Source: a virus
Taxonomy: Duplodnaviria; Caudoviricetes
IMG/VR virus record: IMGVR_UViG_2873063797_000001
Location: 25,659-89,658 of that record
DNA: 64,000 bases
Direction: 5' to 3' (one strand)
Part shown: positions 27,318 through 35,351 of the stretch, one piece after another
Layout of the letters: every line of letters begins with the position of its first letter
Position numbering within the stretch: the stretch's first letter is position 1
The notes under the pieces: model-generated
What the model was told of the DNA's origin: nothing
The model's input: only the letters and a program-made list of their open reading frames with translations
The model's database searches: none
Position numbers and translations under genes: made by a program

Positions 27318-28546
27318 GCGGCGCTCCTCTCCGTGTCGCCGCCCTGTGCGGCCTTCTGCTGCTTCACAGCCGTCTCCAGCAGGTCCAGCAGCTCACGGAA
27401 CGGCATCTGCTCCCTTGCCGGCGGCGGGCCCTCCACGTACAGGTCGATGACTTCCTTCACCGTCGCCTCACCACGAATCTGGGTGAGCGCATCAGCGTTC
27501 ATGCGCATGTCGATCGCCTGGAGATACAGCCTGTCCAGGACCTCGTCATCACCACCCTCAGCAAGAACCTCGGCCTCCACGATCCCGCCGTTGCGGGGCC
27601 CGTCGTACGCGGCCTCGGCGGCGGGGTCGATGTCGGAGGGCTCCGGGTCGCCAGACTCGGCGGCGGCCATGGCTTCGGCCCGGGAGGCGACCTGGCGACC
27701 GATGGCGGTGATCTGGTCGAGATACTCCGTCGGGGCACCAGCGTTCTTCGCCTCCTGCCACAGGGCGCGGACCGCGTCGGCGGACTTGGCGGCCTGGGCC
27801 TCGGCAAGGTAGTCGCGGCGCTCCCGCTGCACCGGCGGCGTGTTCGGCGTCGACTGCACAACGCTCATACGCGGCTGCTCCTGGTCGGCGTTGTCCGCCT
27901 GCGCCATCTCCTCGGCCGTGTAGACGCCGGCGAGGTCGTGCGGGAACGCCTTCCGAAGCGCCAACGCTTCGGCGCACTTGGCGATCTGCCCGGCGGGCAT
28001 CTTTGCCCACAGGCCCTTGGGGTTGCCGTCCGGAAACGTCTGCACGTACTCGCGGAACGTGGCGACCGCGGAGAAACGCTGCCCATTGCGGACCACGGTC
28101 ACCTTTGCGGCCGCCGGCGGCTCGTCGGCCAGCCACACGTCACGCCACCGACCGGACGGGTCGCACCACACGGTGTCCTCGTAGCCGTACGTGCCGCCGG
28201 TCTGCGCGGTCACGCGCTGGGCGATGACGCGGTACCCGTCGATGCCGGTCTGCGGCGTGTAGACCTCGCGGCCGTCCTTCTTGCTGAACCGGCCGATGAG
28301 GTAGATCTGCCGGGAGAACGGGTCGAGGCCGGTGCGCTGGCACAGGTGCAGGAAGCCGGACAGTTCGGCGGCGGTCACCTGGTCCTTGATGCCGGATTGG
28401 CGGAGGACGGCGGCCTGCTCGGGCGTCCAGTTGGTCTGGTCGGGGCGGATGGCGAGGGCGCCGCCGGTCTTGGTGGGCTGGTTTTGGGTGTGCGAGGTGG
28501 GGCCCTCCGCCGTGCTGCTGGCGAGGGCCTCGGTGGTAGCAACCAC
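27314..28546 (-). CDS. bet: phage recombination protein Bet (RecT/Redbeta family annealase)
   Basis: FLHLCQRTGLDPFSRQIYLI...QTGIDGYRVIA...LW.KMP...IAKCAEALALRKAFP. Confidence 0.92.
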   Translation of the reverse strand: MVATTEALASSTAEGPTSHTQNQPTKTGGALAIRPDQTNWTPEQAAVLRQSGIKDQVTAAELSGFLHLCQRTGLDPFSRQIYLIGRFSKKDGREVYTPQTGIDGYRVIAQRVTAQTGGTYGYEDTVWCDPSGRWRDVWLADEPPAAAKVTVVRNGQRFSAVATFREYVQTFPDGNPKGLWAKMPAGQIAKCAEALALRKAFPHDLAGVYTAEEMAQADNADQEQPRMSVVQSTPNTPPVQRERRDYLAEAQAAKSADAVRALWQEAKNAGAPTEYLDQITAIGRQVASRAEAMAAAESGDPEPSDIDPAAEAAYDGPRNGGIVEAEVLAEGGDDEVLDRLYLQAIDMRMNADALTQIRGEATVKEVIDLYVEGPPPAREQMPFRELLDLLETAVKQQKAAQGGDTERSAA

Positions 28547-28630
28547 GTGAGGTCTCCAATGTGGGGTTGTACGAGATACCGGAGGGCGGGTCTGGTTGTC
28601 GGCGTCCAGACCGGCCCCGCCGGCCGATGC

Positions 28631-29494
28631 CTACTCGGCCCGGTCGGCTTCGATCCCGAGCTGGTCCAGCAGATAGTCGATCGCCAGCACGTTCGGGCCC
28701 GTCTTCGCGTTCAACACCGGGTGGCCCTTGCAGGCCTCCTTCACCCGGTCATGCAGAGCATCGTTCGGACGCATCCGCATCGGAACCATGTCCGCCGCAT
28801 CCTCAGCACTCCACACCACCGGCTGCGGATCGAACTCGCCGTCCAAGAACTTCTGAAAGCCCTCGTTGACGATGTCGTGCACCCGCTCACCCGAAGCCGC
28901 GGACAGCTCACGAATCAGATCCCGCACCCGGCGAGGCACCTCCGGATTACGCTCCGCGCCCTGCGGCAGAGCCACACGAGCACCCGGCGCATACCGGCCC
29001 AGCTTGTACGTGAACATCAGATACTCGGCAGCCACCCGCGCCGACGACGCACGCCGGTCGTGGGTCTCCTGCCGGATCTTCTCCGTCGCCTGCGTCGACA
29101 GCAGCTTGGACGCCATCACGTTCAGGTTCACCCGGGCCTCCGGCTGAACGGAGCGGCGGTCGACCCAGCGCGGCATCTTGAACCGGCCGGCCAGGTACTC
29201 CGCCAGACCCTCGTTCACCTTCGCCGTCAGCGTCGTCGCCGCCGGATCAGCCGCCGCAGCAGCCTTGATCTGATCGCGGATGCTCTCCGGGATGTTCATC
29301 GCCAGGTTGTGGCTGCCCTCCACACGGGAGGGGTCAGTGGCGCGGAGCTGCTCCCAACCGCCCGGCGCCAGGGCCGCGTCCACGAAGGCAGCGAGGTCGG
29401 CTCGCTGCGTGCCGGCGACGAACGCCGACACTTCGGCGAGTCCGTCACGCAGCGACGGGCGTGTGGTGGAACGGTCGGCGGGAGTGCGGGCCAC
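28631..29494 (-). CDS. DNA-binding regulator candidate with repeated ribbon-helix-helix-like segments
   Basis: Segments such as NLAMNIPESIRDQIKAAA, NPEVPRRVRDLIRE and MRMRPNDALHDRVKEAC; divergent from the WYL gene. Confidence 0.6.
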   Translation of the reverse strand: MARTPADRSTTRPSLRDGLAEVSAFVAGTQRADLAAFVDAALAPGGWEQLRATDPSRVEGSHNLAMNIPESIRDQIKAAAAADPAATTLTAKVNEGLAEYLAGRFKMPRWVDRRSVQPEARVNLNVMASKLLSTQATEKIRQETHDRRASSARVAAEYLMFTYKLGRYAPGARVALPQGAERNPEVPRRVRDLIRELSAASGERVHDIVNEGFQKFLDGEFDPQPVVWSAEDAADMVPMRMRPNDALHDRVKEACKGHPVLNAKTGPNVLAIDYLLDQLGIEADRAE

Positions 29495-29583
29495 GAGGGG
29501 TCCTTTCGGCGGTGTACGCCGCCGTGATCCTGCATGACCCGGCGGGCGTGTGGGGGCGTTGACCACGCCAGTTTCCTCCATTC

Positions 29584-29601
29584 GTATTGCGGATGCCATA
29601 G
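29584..29601. promoter_or_regulatory. operator GTATTG-N6-CCATAG
   Basis: Fourth copy of the 18-bp operator, in the divergent intergenic region. Confidence 0.55.
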
Positions 29602-29659
29602 GGCTATGGCGGTGGTTGAGGTGCGCTGTTTCCTAGCAACACCAACCATACCCGCAGAC

Positions 29660-29692
29660 CTATTGTGCATGCAATAGCTTCGTGGGTATGGT
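29660..29692 (+). promoter_or_regulatory. promoter TTGTGC-N18-TATGGT with perfect operator CTATTG-N6-CAATAG
   Basis: Palindromic arms; preceded by ACCCGCAGAC, matching ACCCGTAGAC at the 14.5-kb promoter. Confidence 0.7.
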
Positions 29693-29724
29693 GGAACCAT
29701 CACCACACGGCGAGGGGACACCGA

Positions 29725-30123
29725 ATGCGCATCACCAAGAACCAGACCACCCGCAAGACCCTCGCCGACCTCTACCGCAGCATCGACCGCGCCACCGTCG
29801 TCACGATCACCTACCGCGACGAGAAAGGCGAGGAGACGATCCGTAGCATCGAGCCGTACGAGATCCGCACCACCAAAGCCGGCCGCATCCAGGTCCGCGC
29901 CATGTGCCGCCTCCGCGGCGACGCCCGCTCCTTCTACGTCGACCAGGTCGTGTCCTACACCTGCCACCGGATGGCGTTCGTCCTCGACCGGCCGGAGGCA
30001 ACGACCCCCGCCGGACAGGGCATCGTGGTCCGTAGCGCCGCACAGCTCATCGCCCGCGAACTCGGACGCGACTACCTCCCCGCACGCCGCCTTGCACGTA
30101 CCGACCTCGCACCCGCCGCCTAG
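29725..30123 (+). CDS. standalone WYL-domain protein
   Basis: VTITYRDEKGEETIRSIEPY...RAMCRLRGDARSFYVDQV. Confidence 0.85.
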   Translation: MRITKNQTTRKTLADLYRSIDRATVVTITYRDEKGEETIRSIEPYEIRTTKAGRIQVRAMCRLRGDARSFYVDQVVSYTCHRMAFVLDRPEATTPAGQGIVVRSAAQLIARELGRDYLPARRLARTDLAPAA

Positions 30124-30133
30124 GGAGAATCCC

Positions 30134-30481
30134 ATGTCGAACACCGACAAGCCCTACGAAGTTCTGATCACTGGAGCCGGGTTCTCCCAGCCCGCCAGGT
30201 TCGCCACCGTAGAAGAGGCCTACGCCGAAGCCCACCGTGTCCGCAAGGACGCCGAAGCTGGCGAACGCGTGACCTTCACCAACCTGATCGGACAGACAGG
30301 CGCGCACCTCGTCCTCGGCATCCGCATCAACGGCTGGAACCCGATCACCAACACCTGGCTCACCCACGCCGACCTTTGGAGCGCGAGGAAGCCCTCGCCC
30401 GACGCCCTCACCCCGATCCCCGCAGACTGGCACGGCGTTCCACTGCCCGACGACTGGTACGGCAAGTCGACGGCCGTCTGA
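30134..30481 (+). CDS. hypothetical protein
   Basis: GGGAG RBS; follows the WYL gene. Confidence 0.7.
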   Translation: MSNTDKPYEVLITGAGFSQPARFATVEEAYAEAHRVRKDAEAGERVTFTNLIGQTGAHLVLGIRINGWNPITNTWLTHADLWSARKPSPDALTPIPADWHGVPLPDDWYGKSTAV

Positions 30482-30498
30482 CCTCCGCTCAGCAGGAA

Positions 30499-30526
30499 GG
30501 CCACCGCCCTGTGTTGGGTGGTGGCC
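30499..30526 (+). terminator. terminator hairpin
   Basis: 11-bp stem GGCCACCGCCC/GGGTGGTGGCC after the WYL operon. Confidence 0.55.
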
Positions 30527-30550
30527 GAGTCGTAGAGATCGCGCAGACGG

Positions 30551-30577
30551 AGTCTAACCTTGAAGCCCTTTGCGGGG
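30551..30577 (-). promoter_or_regulatory. putative promoter CCCCGCAAAGGGCTTC-N5-TAGACT, second copy
   Basis: Exact 16-mer and hexamer repeat of 16494-16520. Confidence 0.5.
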
Positions 30578-30602
30578 CTACCGCCTCTGACGAACCCGCA
30601 GA

Positions 30603-31133
30603 ATGGAGCCCGTGACCGTGACCCACCAGACCGCCCTCTTCGGCCAGCACCAGATGGCTCTGGTCCGCCAGGACAGCGTCGCGCGGCGCTGGCAGTGCAC
30701 CGAGTGCGGCGTGCGAGCGGAGCACTGGTTCAACGCGCAGTCCCGGTACGAGACCCGGCGGTGGATCGACTGGACGGCTCCCGACGGGCGTACCTGGTAC
30801 ACGGACTTCCGCGACGGGTACGCCGATCCGCCGGCCTGCCCCCTGCCCGGTATCCCCGCCGTGTGCCCGTGGGAGACGCCGTTCGTCCAGCTGTACCGCG
30901 GGGCGTGGGGCGACGTGCACCTGGACACGGCGATGCGGACCTGGTGTGAGCGGCATCAGCAGGCGATCAGCGAGTGCACCGACCCCGGCCCGTACTGCCC
31001 CGGATGGCAGGCACACGAGGACGGGGAGCCCGGCATGCCCGGACCGTGCACCGGTCGGGAGAACTCCTGCAAGTGCATGTGCCCGGCCTGCTGCGGCGAC
31101 ACCCCCGACGTGTGGGGCGCCCCCGTCTACTGA
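30603..31133 (+). CDS. Cys/Trp-rich hypothetical protein
   Basis: CTEC, CxxxxxxxxC and CKCMCPACC motifs. Confidence 0.7.
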   Translation: MEPVTVTHQTALFGQHQMALVRQDSVARRWQCTECGVRAEHWFNAQSRYETRRWIDWTAPDGRTWYTDFRDGYADPPACPLPGIPAVCPWETPFVQLYRGAWGDVHLDTAMRTWCERHQQAISECTDPGPYCPGWQAHEDGEPGMPGPCTGRENSCKCMCPACCGDTPDVWGAPVY

Positions 31134-31243
31134 CGGACACGCCGCCCCGGCAGGGGGGAACGCGGGCCGGTCTTCCGTCATACGGTGCCTCTACGACCTG
31201 CGGAACCCCGCCCGGACCGCCCTCCCACCACCATGCTGATCTT

Positions 31244-31362
31244 TCAGTAAAACCTCGGGACACCCCCACCCAGCAGCCCCATCGTGGTGTACGGCGCGGA
31301 CCCAGCCCACCCCTCGCCCACGCGACATCCCCTAGTGGGTGGTGGTCCCGAGGTTTTACTGA
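31244..31362. repeat. perfect 17-bp inverted repeat with 85-bp spacer
   Basis: TCAGTAAAACCTCGGGA (31244-31260) and TCCCGAGGTTTTACTGA (31346-31362). Confidence 0.9.
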
Positions 31363-31402
31363 GGATCTTGATCTGGTGTGGGGTGCGGGCACAATAGGGC
31401 CC

Positions 31403-32260
31403 ATGGAACCCCGCGCACTCCTCGACACCTGGCTGGACACCGCAACCAACCTGCGATCCTCCAGCCGCATCGAGTACCGGCGCGAGGTCACCCGCTGGCT
31501 CACCTGGTGCGAAGATCAGCGTCCCCCGGTCAACCCCTACCGGTGCGGCATCGAGGACATCGCCGCCTGGGCCGGCACCCTCCTCACCGACCACCTGGAC
31601 GGACGGCCCTTCGACGGGCCCGACGCCCTCACCCACGTCGCCGAACACCATCGCGCCGCCGCGTTGACCCACGACCGGCGGATCACCGCCATCACCCAGT
31701 ACTACGAAGCCGCCAAAGACCGCGGCGCCATCCGCCTCGCCCCCGACCTCACCATGCTCCGCTCCGGCGTCGACCGCGACGCCGGCACCCCCCGCCGGCT
31801 CACCCCCATGGAACGCAACGTCCTCCTCATCTGCATCGGCATGTGGGGACCCGACCGCGCCCGCCACTACCGCCGCGACCGCCTCATCGCCTACCTCCTC
31901 CTCGAGGGCCTGCGCCCGGCGGAGGTCGCCCGCGTCGACATGCGCCACCTCTACGACCTCGGCACCGGCGTCTGGGAAGTCCGCGCCCCCGACTACGAGT
32001 ACGAAGCCGTCGGCAAGAAACACGTCCTGGAGCCGCTGACCGTGGCCGCGCTGATCGAATACCTGCCGCACCGCATCAAGCCCGCCGACGGAGTCCACAC
32101 CCTCATCACCGTCCAAGGCGGCGGCCCCCTCGACTCCGGATACCCCAACCTGATCATCCGGCAGATCGCCGCCCTCCACCCCCTCCTCGCACAGCGCACC
32201 CCACCCGTCACCGCCGACACCATCGCCCACACCGGGTACTGGGAGACGCCCCCCGGCTGA
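31403..32260 (+). CDS. degenerate tyrosine-recombinase-fold protein, probably catalytically inactive
   Basis: SAM-like core-binding N-terminus and LLLEGLRPAEV, but TADTIAHT replaces H-x-x-R and the protein ends before box II and the tyrosine helix. Confidence 0.7.
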   Translation: MEPRALLDTWLDTATNLRSSSRIEYRREVTRWLTWCEDQRPPVNPYRCGIEDIAAWAGTLLTDHLDGRPFDGPDALTHVAEHHRAAALTHDRRITAITQYYEAAKDRGAIRLAPDLTMLRSGVDRDAGTPRRLTPMERNVLLICIGMWGPDRARHYRRDRLIAYLLLEGLRPAEVARVDMRHLYDLGTGVWEVRAPDYEYEAVGKKHVLEPLTVAALIEYLPHRIKPADGVHTLITVQGGGPLDSGYPNLIIRQIAALHPLLAQRTPPVTADTIAHTGYWETPPG

Positions 32261-32298
32261 GTAGGATCACAACCCACACACCGGGGAGAGGTGCCGCG

Positions 32299-32523
32299 AT
32301 GACGCTGGTAGCGGGCGAGTACGAGTTCACGTGCGACGAATGCGACGGGGACGGGAACCTGCAATACATCCGCATTACGACCGAGGGCGACGACGAGCCC
32401 GAACTCGTCTGGGACAAGTGCGACGACTGCCACGGCGAAGGCCGGCTCCTGGTCGACGAGGAAGAAGCGGCCGAGAAGATCCGCTGGGGGCAGACCCCGA
32501 CACGCACCCCTGCCGCCGCCTAG
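32299..32523 (+). CDS. small DnaJ-type zinc-finger protein
   Basis: CDECDGDG and CDDCHGEG (two CxxCxGxG). Confidence 0.7.
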   Translation: MTLVAGEYEFTCDECDGDGNLQYIRITTEGDDEPELVWDKCDDCHGEGRLLVDEEEAAEKIRWGQTPTRTPAAA

Positions 32524-33596
32524 TCTTCGTCCCCGCCCGGAAGACGCTCGGCAATTCGGGCGGCGATGCGGTAGCCGGGGCTGTTGTCGAGGCGGCCGCG
32601 CCGGCGGTCGTAGCGTCGGGTGGTCCGCGGGTCCTTGTGGTCGGCGAAGTCCTGCACGTGGTGGAGCTTGGCGTCGGGCGCGTCCAGGGCGTGGGTGACG
32701 GCGTCGTGCTTGAGGACGTGCGGGTGGAAGGTGGCCGCGTTGGCGATACCCGCCTTGGCCGCTAGGCGCCGCACGAGGCGCCACACGTAGGCCGGGTCCA
32801 GTGGGTTGCCGTTGCGGGTCTGGAACAGTGGTCCCGTGGTGCGGCCCGCGAGGTAGACGTCGATGGCGTGCCCGGTGGCCGGTGGGACGACCTTCGGTTT
32901 GCGGCGGCCACCCTTCAGGCGGACGTTGAGAATGCGGTGCCCCTTGTCGTAGCCGAGGTCGTCGGCTTGGGCGCCGAGGGCGGAGTCGAGGCGTAGCGCC
33001 ACGGTGTAGATGGCGAGCAGGAGGGCGTAGGAGCGGGGTCCGTCCTCGTAGGCCGCGGCGAGCAGGCGCGCGGACTCTTCTTCGGTGCTGCCTTGGGTGT
33101 CGGAGCCGTCCTGGTCCAACTCGGGGCGGGCGACGAGGTCGAAGGGGTCGATGCCGTCTCCGAGGGCACGGACCGCGTACTTGTGGAAGCTGGAGCAGGC
33201 GGAGAGCAGGTTGGCGCGGGCGGCGTCGGAGCGGGGCGGACCGGTGGGGGCCTTCTGCCCGCGGTGGCCGCCCTTGACGGGGACCATGGTGGGTGCGGTT
33301 TCGAGGTGGCGGGAGAACGCTTCGGCGAGGGGGAAGCGGGCTTGGAGCGGGTGGGTGCCGGTCTCGCGGGCGTAGGTGTCCCACACCCGGTATTGGCGGA
33401 CGTACGTCTGCCGGGTGTTCTTCGTCTTCTGCCGGGCAATCCAGGCGCCTACGAGACCGGGGTATGGGTCGCCTGCCGGGTAGTGGCCAGCCAACTCGGT
33501 GGCGAAGTCGAGGGCTTCGGAGGGCCAGTCGTCGGCGGCGCTGCGGGTGCGCGCGGCGAGTTGGCCGCCGCGCGCTCTCGGGACGAGCTCGGTCAT
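32520..33596 (-). CDS. XerC/D-like tyrosine recombinase
   Basis: ALRLDS (R), RLKGG (K), HPHVLKH (H-x-x-K instead of H-x-x-R), ADH, TTRRY (Tyr). Confidence 0.88.
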   Translation of the reverse strand: MTELVPRARGGQLAARTRSAADDWPSEALDFATELAGHYPAGDPYPGLVGAWIARQKTKNTRQTYVRQYRVWDTYARETGTHPLQARFPLAEAFSRHLETAPTMVPVKGGHRGQKAPTGPPRSDAARANLLSACSSFHKYAVRALGDGIDPFDLVARPELDQDGSDTQGSTEEESARLLAAAYEDGPRSYALLLAIYTVALRLDSALGAQADDLGYDKGHRILNVRLKGGRRKPKVVPPATGHAIDVYLAGRTTGPLFQTRNGNPLDPAYVWRLVRRLAAKAGIANAATFHPHVLKHDAVTHALDAPDAKLHHVQDFADHKDPRTTRRYDRRRGRLDNSPGYRIAARIAERLPGGDED

Positions 33597-34018
33597 GGCC
33601 GAAGCTCCGTCGGAAAGTCGTGGTGATCCGTGTATGAAGCGGCTACGTCACGGACGTCGGGGCATGGCCACGCCCGTTGGCAGTGATTGCAGACCAGCAC
33701 ACCCCAGTGCGGTGCTTCGCACTCTGTGCACTGTCCCATGGAGTGCGGGGTGTGCCGGGCCAGCATGCGTCGCTTGGCCTCGACCTCGACAAGCACGCGT
33801 TCGGCTTCGCCTGGCGCTCGGGTTCCTGTGCCAGTGAAGAGGGTGAGAGCGGCGGCGGTGTCGGGGTCGTTCCGGACGACCTCCGCCAGAGCGAAGGCGC
33901 CCTCTGTGGCTTCGGTGGAGGTGACGATGGCTCCGCTCTCGCGGAGTCGGATGGCGGCCCGCATGAACGTCTCGTCGTCGTTCAGTCGGTCTTGCAGGAA
34001 GCGCAGCGGGTCGTCCAC
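33593..34018 (-). CDS. DUF6221-like protein
   Basis: LRFLQDRLNDDE...ERVLVEVEAKRRML...WPC..VR.VA..Y.DH.DF pattern. Confidence 0.7.
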   Translation of the reverse strand: MDDPLRFLQDRLNDDETFMRAAIRLRESGAIVTSTEATEGAFALAEVVRNDPDTAAALTLFTGTGTRAPGEAERVLVEVEAKRRMLARHTPHSMGQCTECEAPHWGVLVCNHCQRAWPCPDVRDVAASYTDHHDFPTELRP

Positions 34019-34059
34019 GGATGGCCCCTTGGTTGGTTCGGTCCCCCGCCCATACGGGA

Positions 34060-34087
34060 GATCCACATAACAGTAATTATGTAGTAG
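34060..34087. promoter_or_regulatory. dif/Xer-like recombination site (11-6-11)
   Basis: GATCCACATAA-CAGTAA-TTATGTAGTAG; inner CATAA-N6-TTATGT is the same as in bacterial dif. Confidence 0.65.
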
Positions 34088-34149
34088 GTGAGGGCCCGAG
34101 GTTCCCTTGACACCTGTTCAGGGACCTGTTCGACGTGTTCGATTCTTCG

Positions 34150-34410
34150 TCAGGAACGATTCTGAGCAAGCGCCTCGGGGTCACGCAGATGCTCCAGCAC
34201 CGCGCGTTGGATCTCCCTGGCCAGCAGGCTGTACTCGTCATCGTCCGGTTCCATCGTGAGCGTCGCGACAAGCCAGCGCAGGACTACTGCCATCGGAACG
34301 TCCACGAGTCCGACGTTCTCGGCTGCTTGCTGCGACCACGCCTTCAGCTTGCGATGCTGCTGGCGATCCAGATCAAGCGTTAGCCGGGACATCCTCTGTT
34401 GCTGCGGCAC
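34150..34410 (-). CDS. ribbon-helix-helix-like DNA-binding protein
   Basis: RLTLDLDRQQHRKLKAWS...MAVVLRWLV; GGAGG RBS before GTG. Confidence 0.65.
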   Translation of the reverse strand: MPQQQRMSRLTLDLDRQQHRKLKAWSQQAAENVGLVDVPMAVVLRWLVATLTMEPDDDEYSLLAREIQRAVLEHLRDPEALAQNRS

Positions 34411-34517
34411 GGCGCCTCCTGTTGCACGTATCGGCAACCGTGGAACGACTGAGTGCAGCGCCCGTCACGCGGAACACACGTTATGCGCTTCTCCTGGAGC
34501 GATTCTGCCGCAGGACG

Positions 34518-35351
34518 CTAGCGGGCCGGATACAGGACGTCGAACTCTGGCGGCTCCCACCGGCCGAAGGTCGACACGTCGTCCTCGGTGAAGTCGGACG
34601 CCCCGCGAAGGGTCACTCTTCCCATGCGGAGACTTCGGAAGCTGATCCCCGGAGCTTCCATGCCCGCTGCTTTGGCTCGGCTGCGCACGACAATGTCGAT
34701 GCCACCGGGCAGCAGAGCCTTCGCGGCGATGTTCCCCCAGCGGTCGATCTGCCGGAACAAGGGTCCTTCGGCCTGGCCGAGGCCGGCCAGCGTTCCCAGC
34801 CAGCCATCGGTGAACCTGAGCACGCTGGTCGTCTGGTCGCCGCTGTCACGCACAAAGACGCTGGTCTCTGCTCCAGGTAGCCGGACCCGGACGCCGTCGT
34901 GCATCAGGTGTACGGCGTCGGCCGTGCACCGTGACAGCTCCCCTGCCTGGTTGGCCGTGCCCCATGCCAACGTGAGAAGGCAGCCATCCCGCAGGCCAGC
35001 AGGATCGTCACGGCAGGTGGACAGCATGGCCCGCAGCCCAGCCTCGTCGATCGGCACGCTTTTCGGGGTGCGCCGGGTGGACGACGACTCCCACTCCATC
35101 TTCCAGCGGGTACACATCTCCCGAGTCAACGTGGTGTCGAACCAATGCCCGTGGGGCTGCCAGGTTCGTATTGCGTACCAAGCCAGATCCACCGTGTTAG
35201 GGGACATCCGGCGCACCTTGATCAGGTACTCGATGTAGGCGGAAAACGCTTCCATCGTGCAGGGCCTAGGGCTTTCGCTCCGGCTCTCACACCAGTCCTG
35301 GAACTTACGACGCTGGAAGTCGTAGGCCCGCTGCGTCTCTGGCGTCGTCAT
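34518..35351 (-). CDS. degenerate Cre-like tyrosine-recombinase-fold protein
   Basis: TQRAY..WC, LRDGCLLTLAWGTANQAGEL (catalytic R to Q), GPLFRQIDRWG, FRSLRMG (H to R), GRW with Y nine residues later. Confidence 0.75.
   Translation of the reverse strand: MTTPETQRAYDFQRRKFQDWCESRSESPRPCTMEAFSAYIEYLIKVRRMSPNTVDLAWYAIRTWQPHGHWFDTTLTREMCTRWKMEWESSSTRRTPKSVPIDEAGLRAMLSTCRDDPAGLRDGCLLTLAWGTANQAGELSRCTADAVHLMHDGVRVRLPGAETSVFVRDSGDQTTSVLRFTDGWLGTLAGLGQAEGPLFRQIDRWGNIAAKALLPGGIDIVVRSRAKAAGMEAPGISFRSLRMGRVTLRGASDFTEDDVSTFGRWEPPEFDVLYPAR

Noticed and set aside
31244-31362. N15-like hairpin telomere (telRL) site
   Set aside because: telRL is a contiguous palindrome, whereas this repeat has an 85-bp asymmetric spacer, and no protelomerase-sized gene is present
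31403-35351. RIT (recombinase-in-trio) element
   Set aside because: RIT genes are adjacent, co-oriented and overlapping within terminal inverted repeats; these are interspersed with other genes and in mixed orientation
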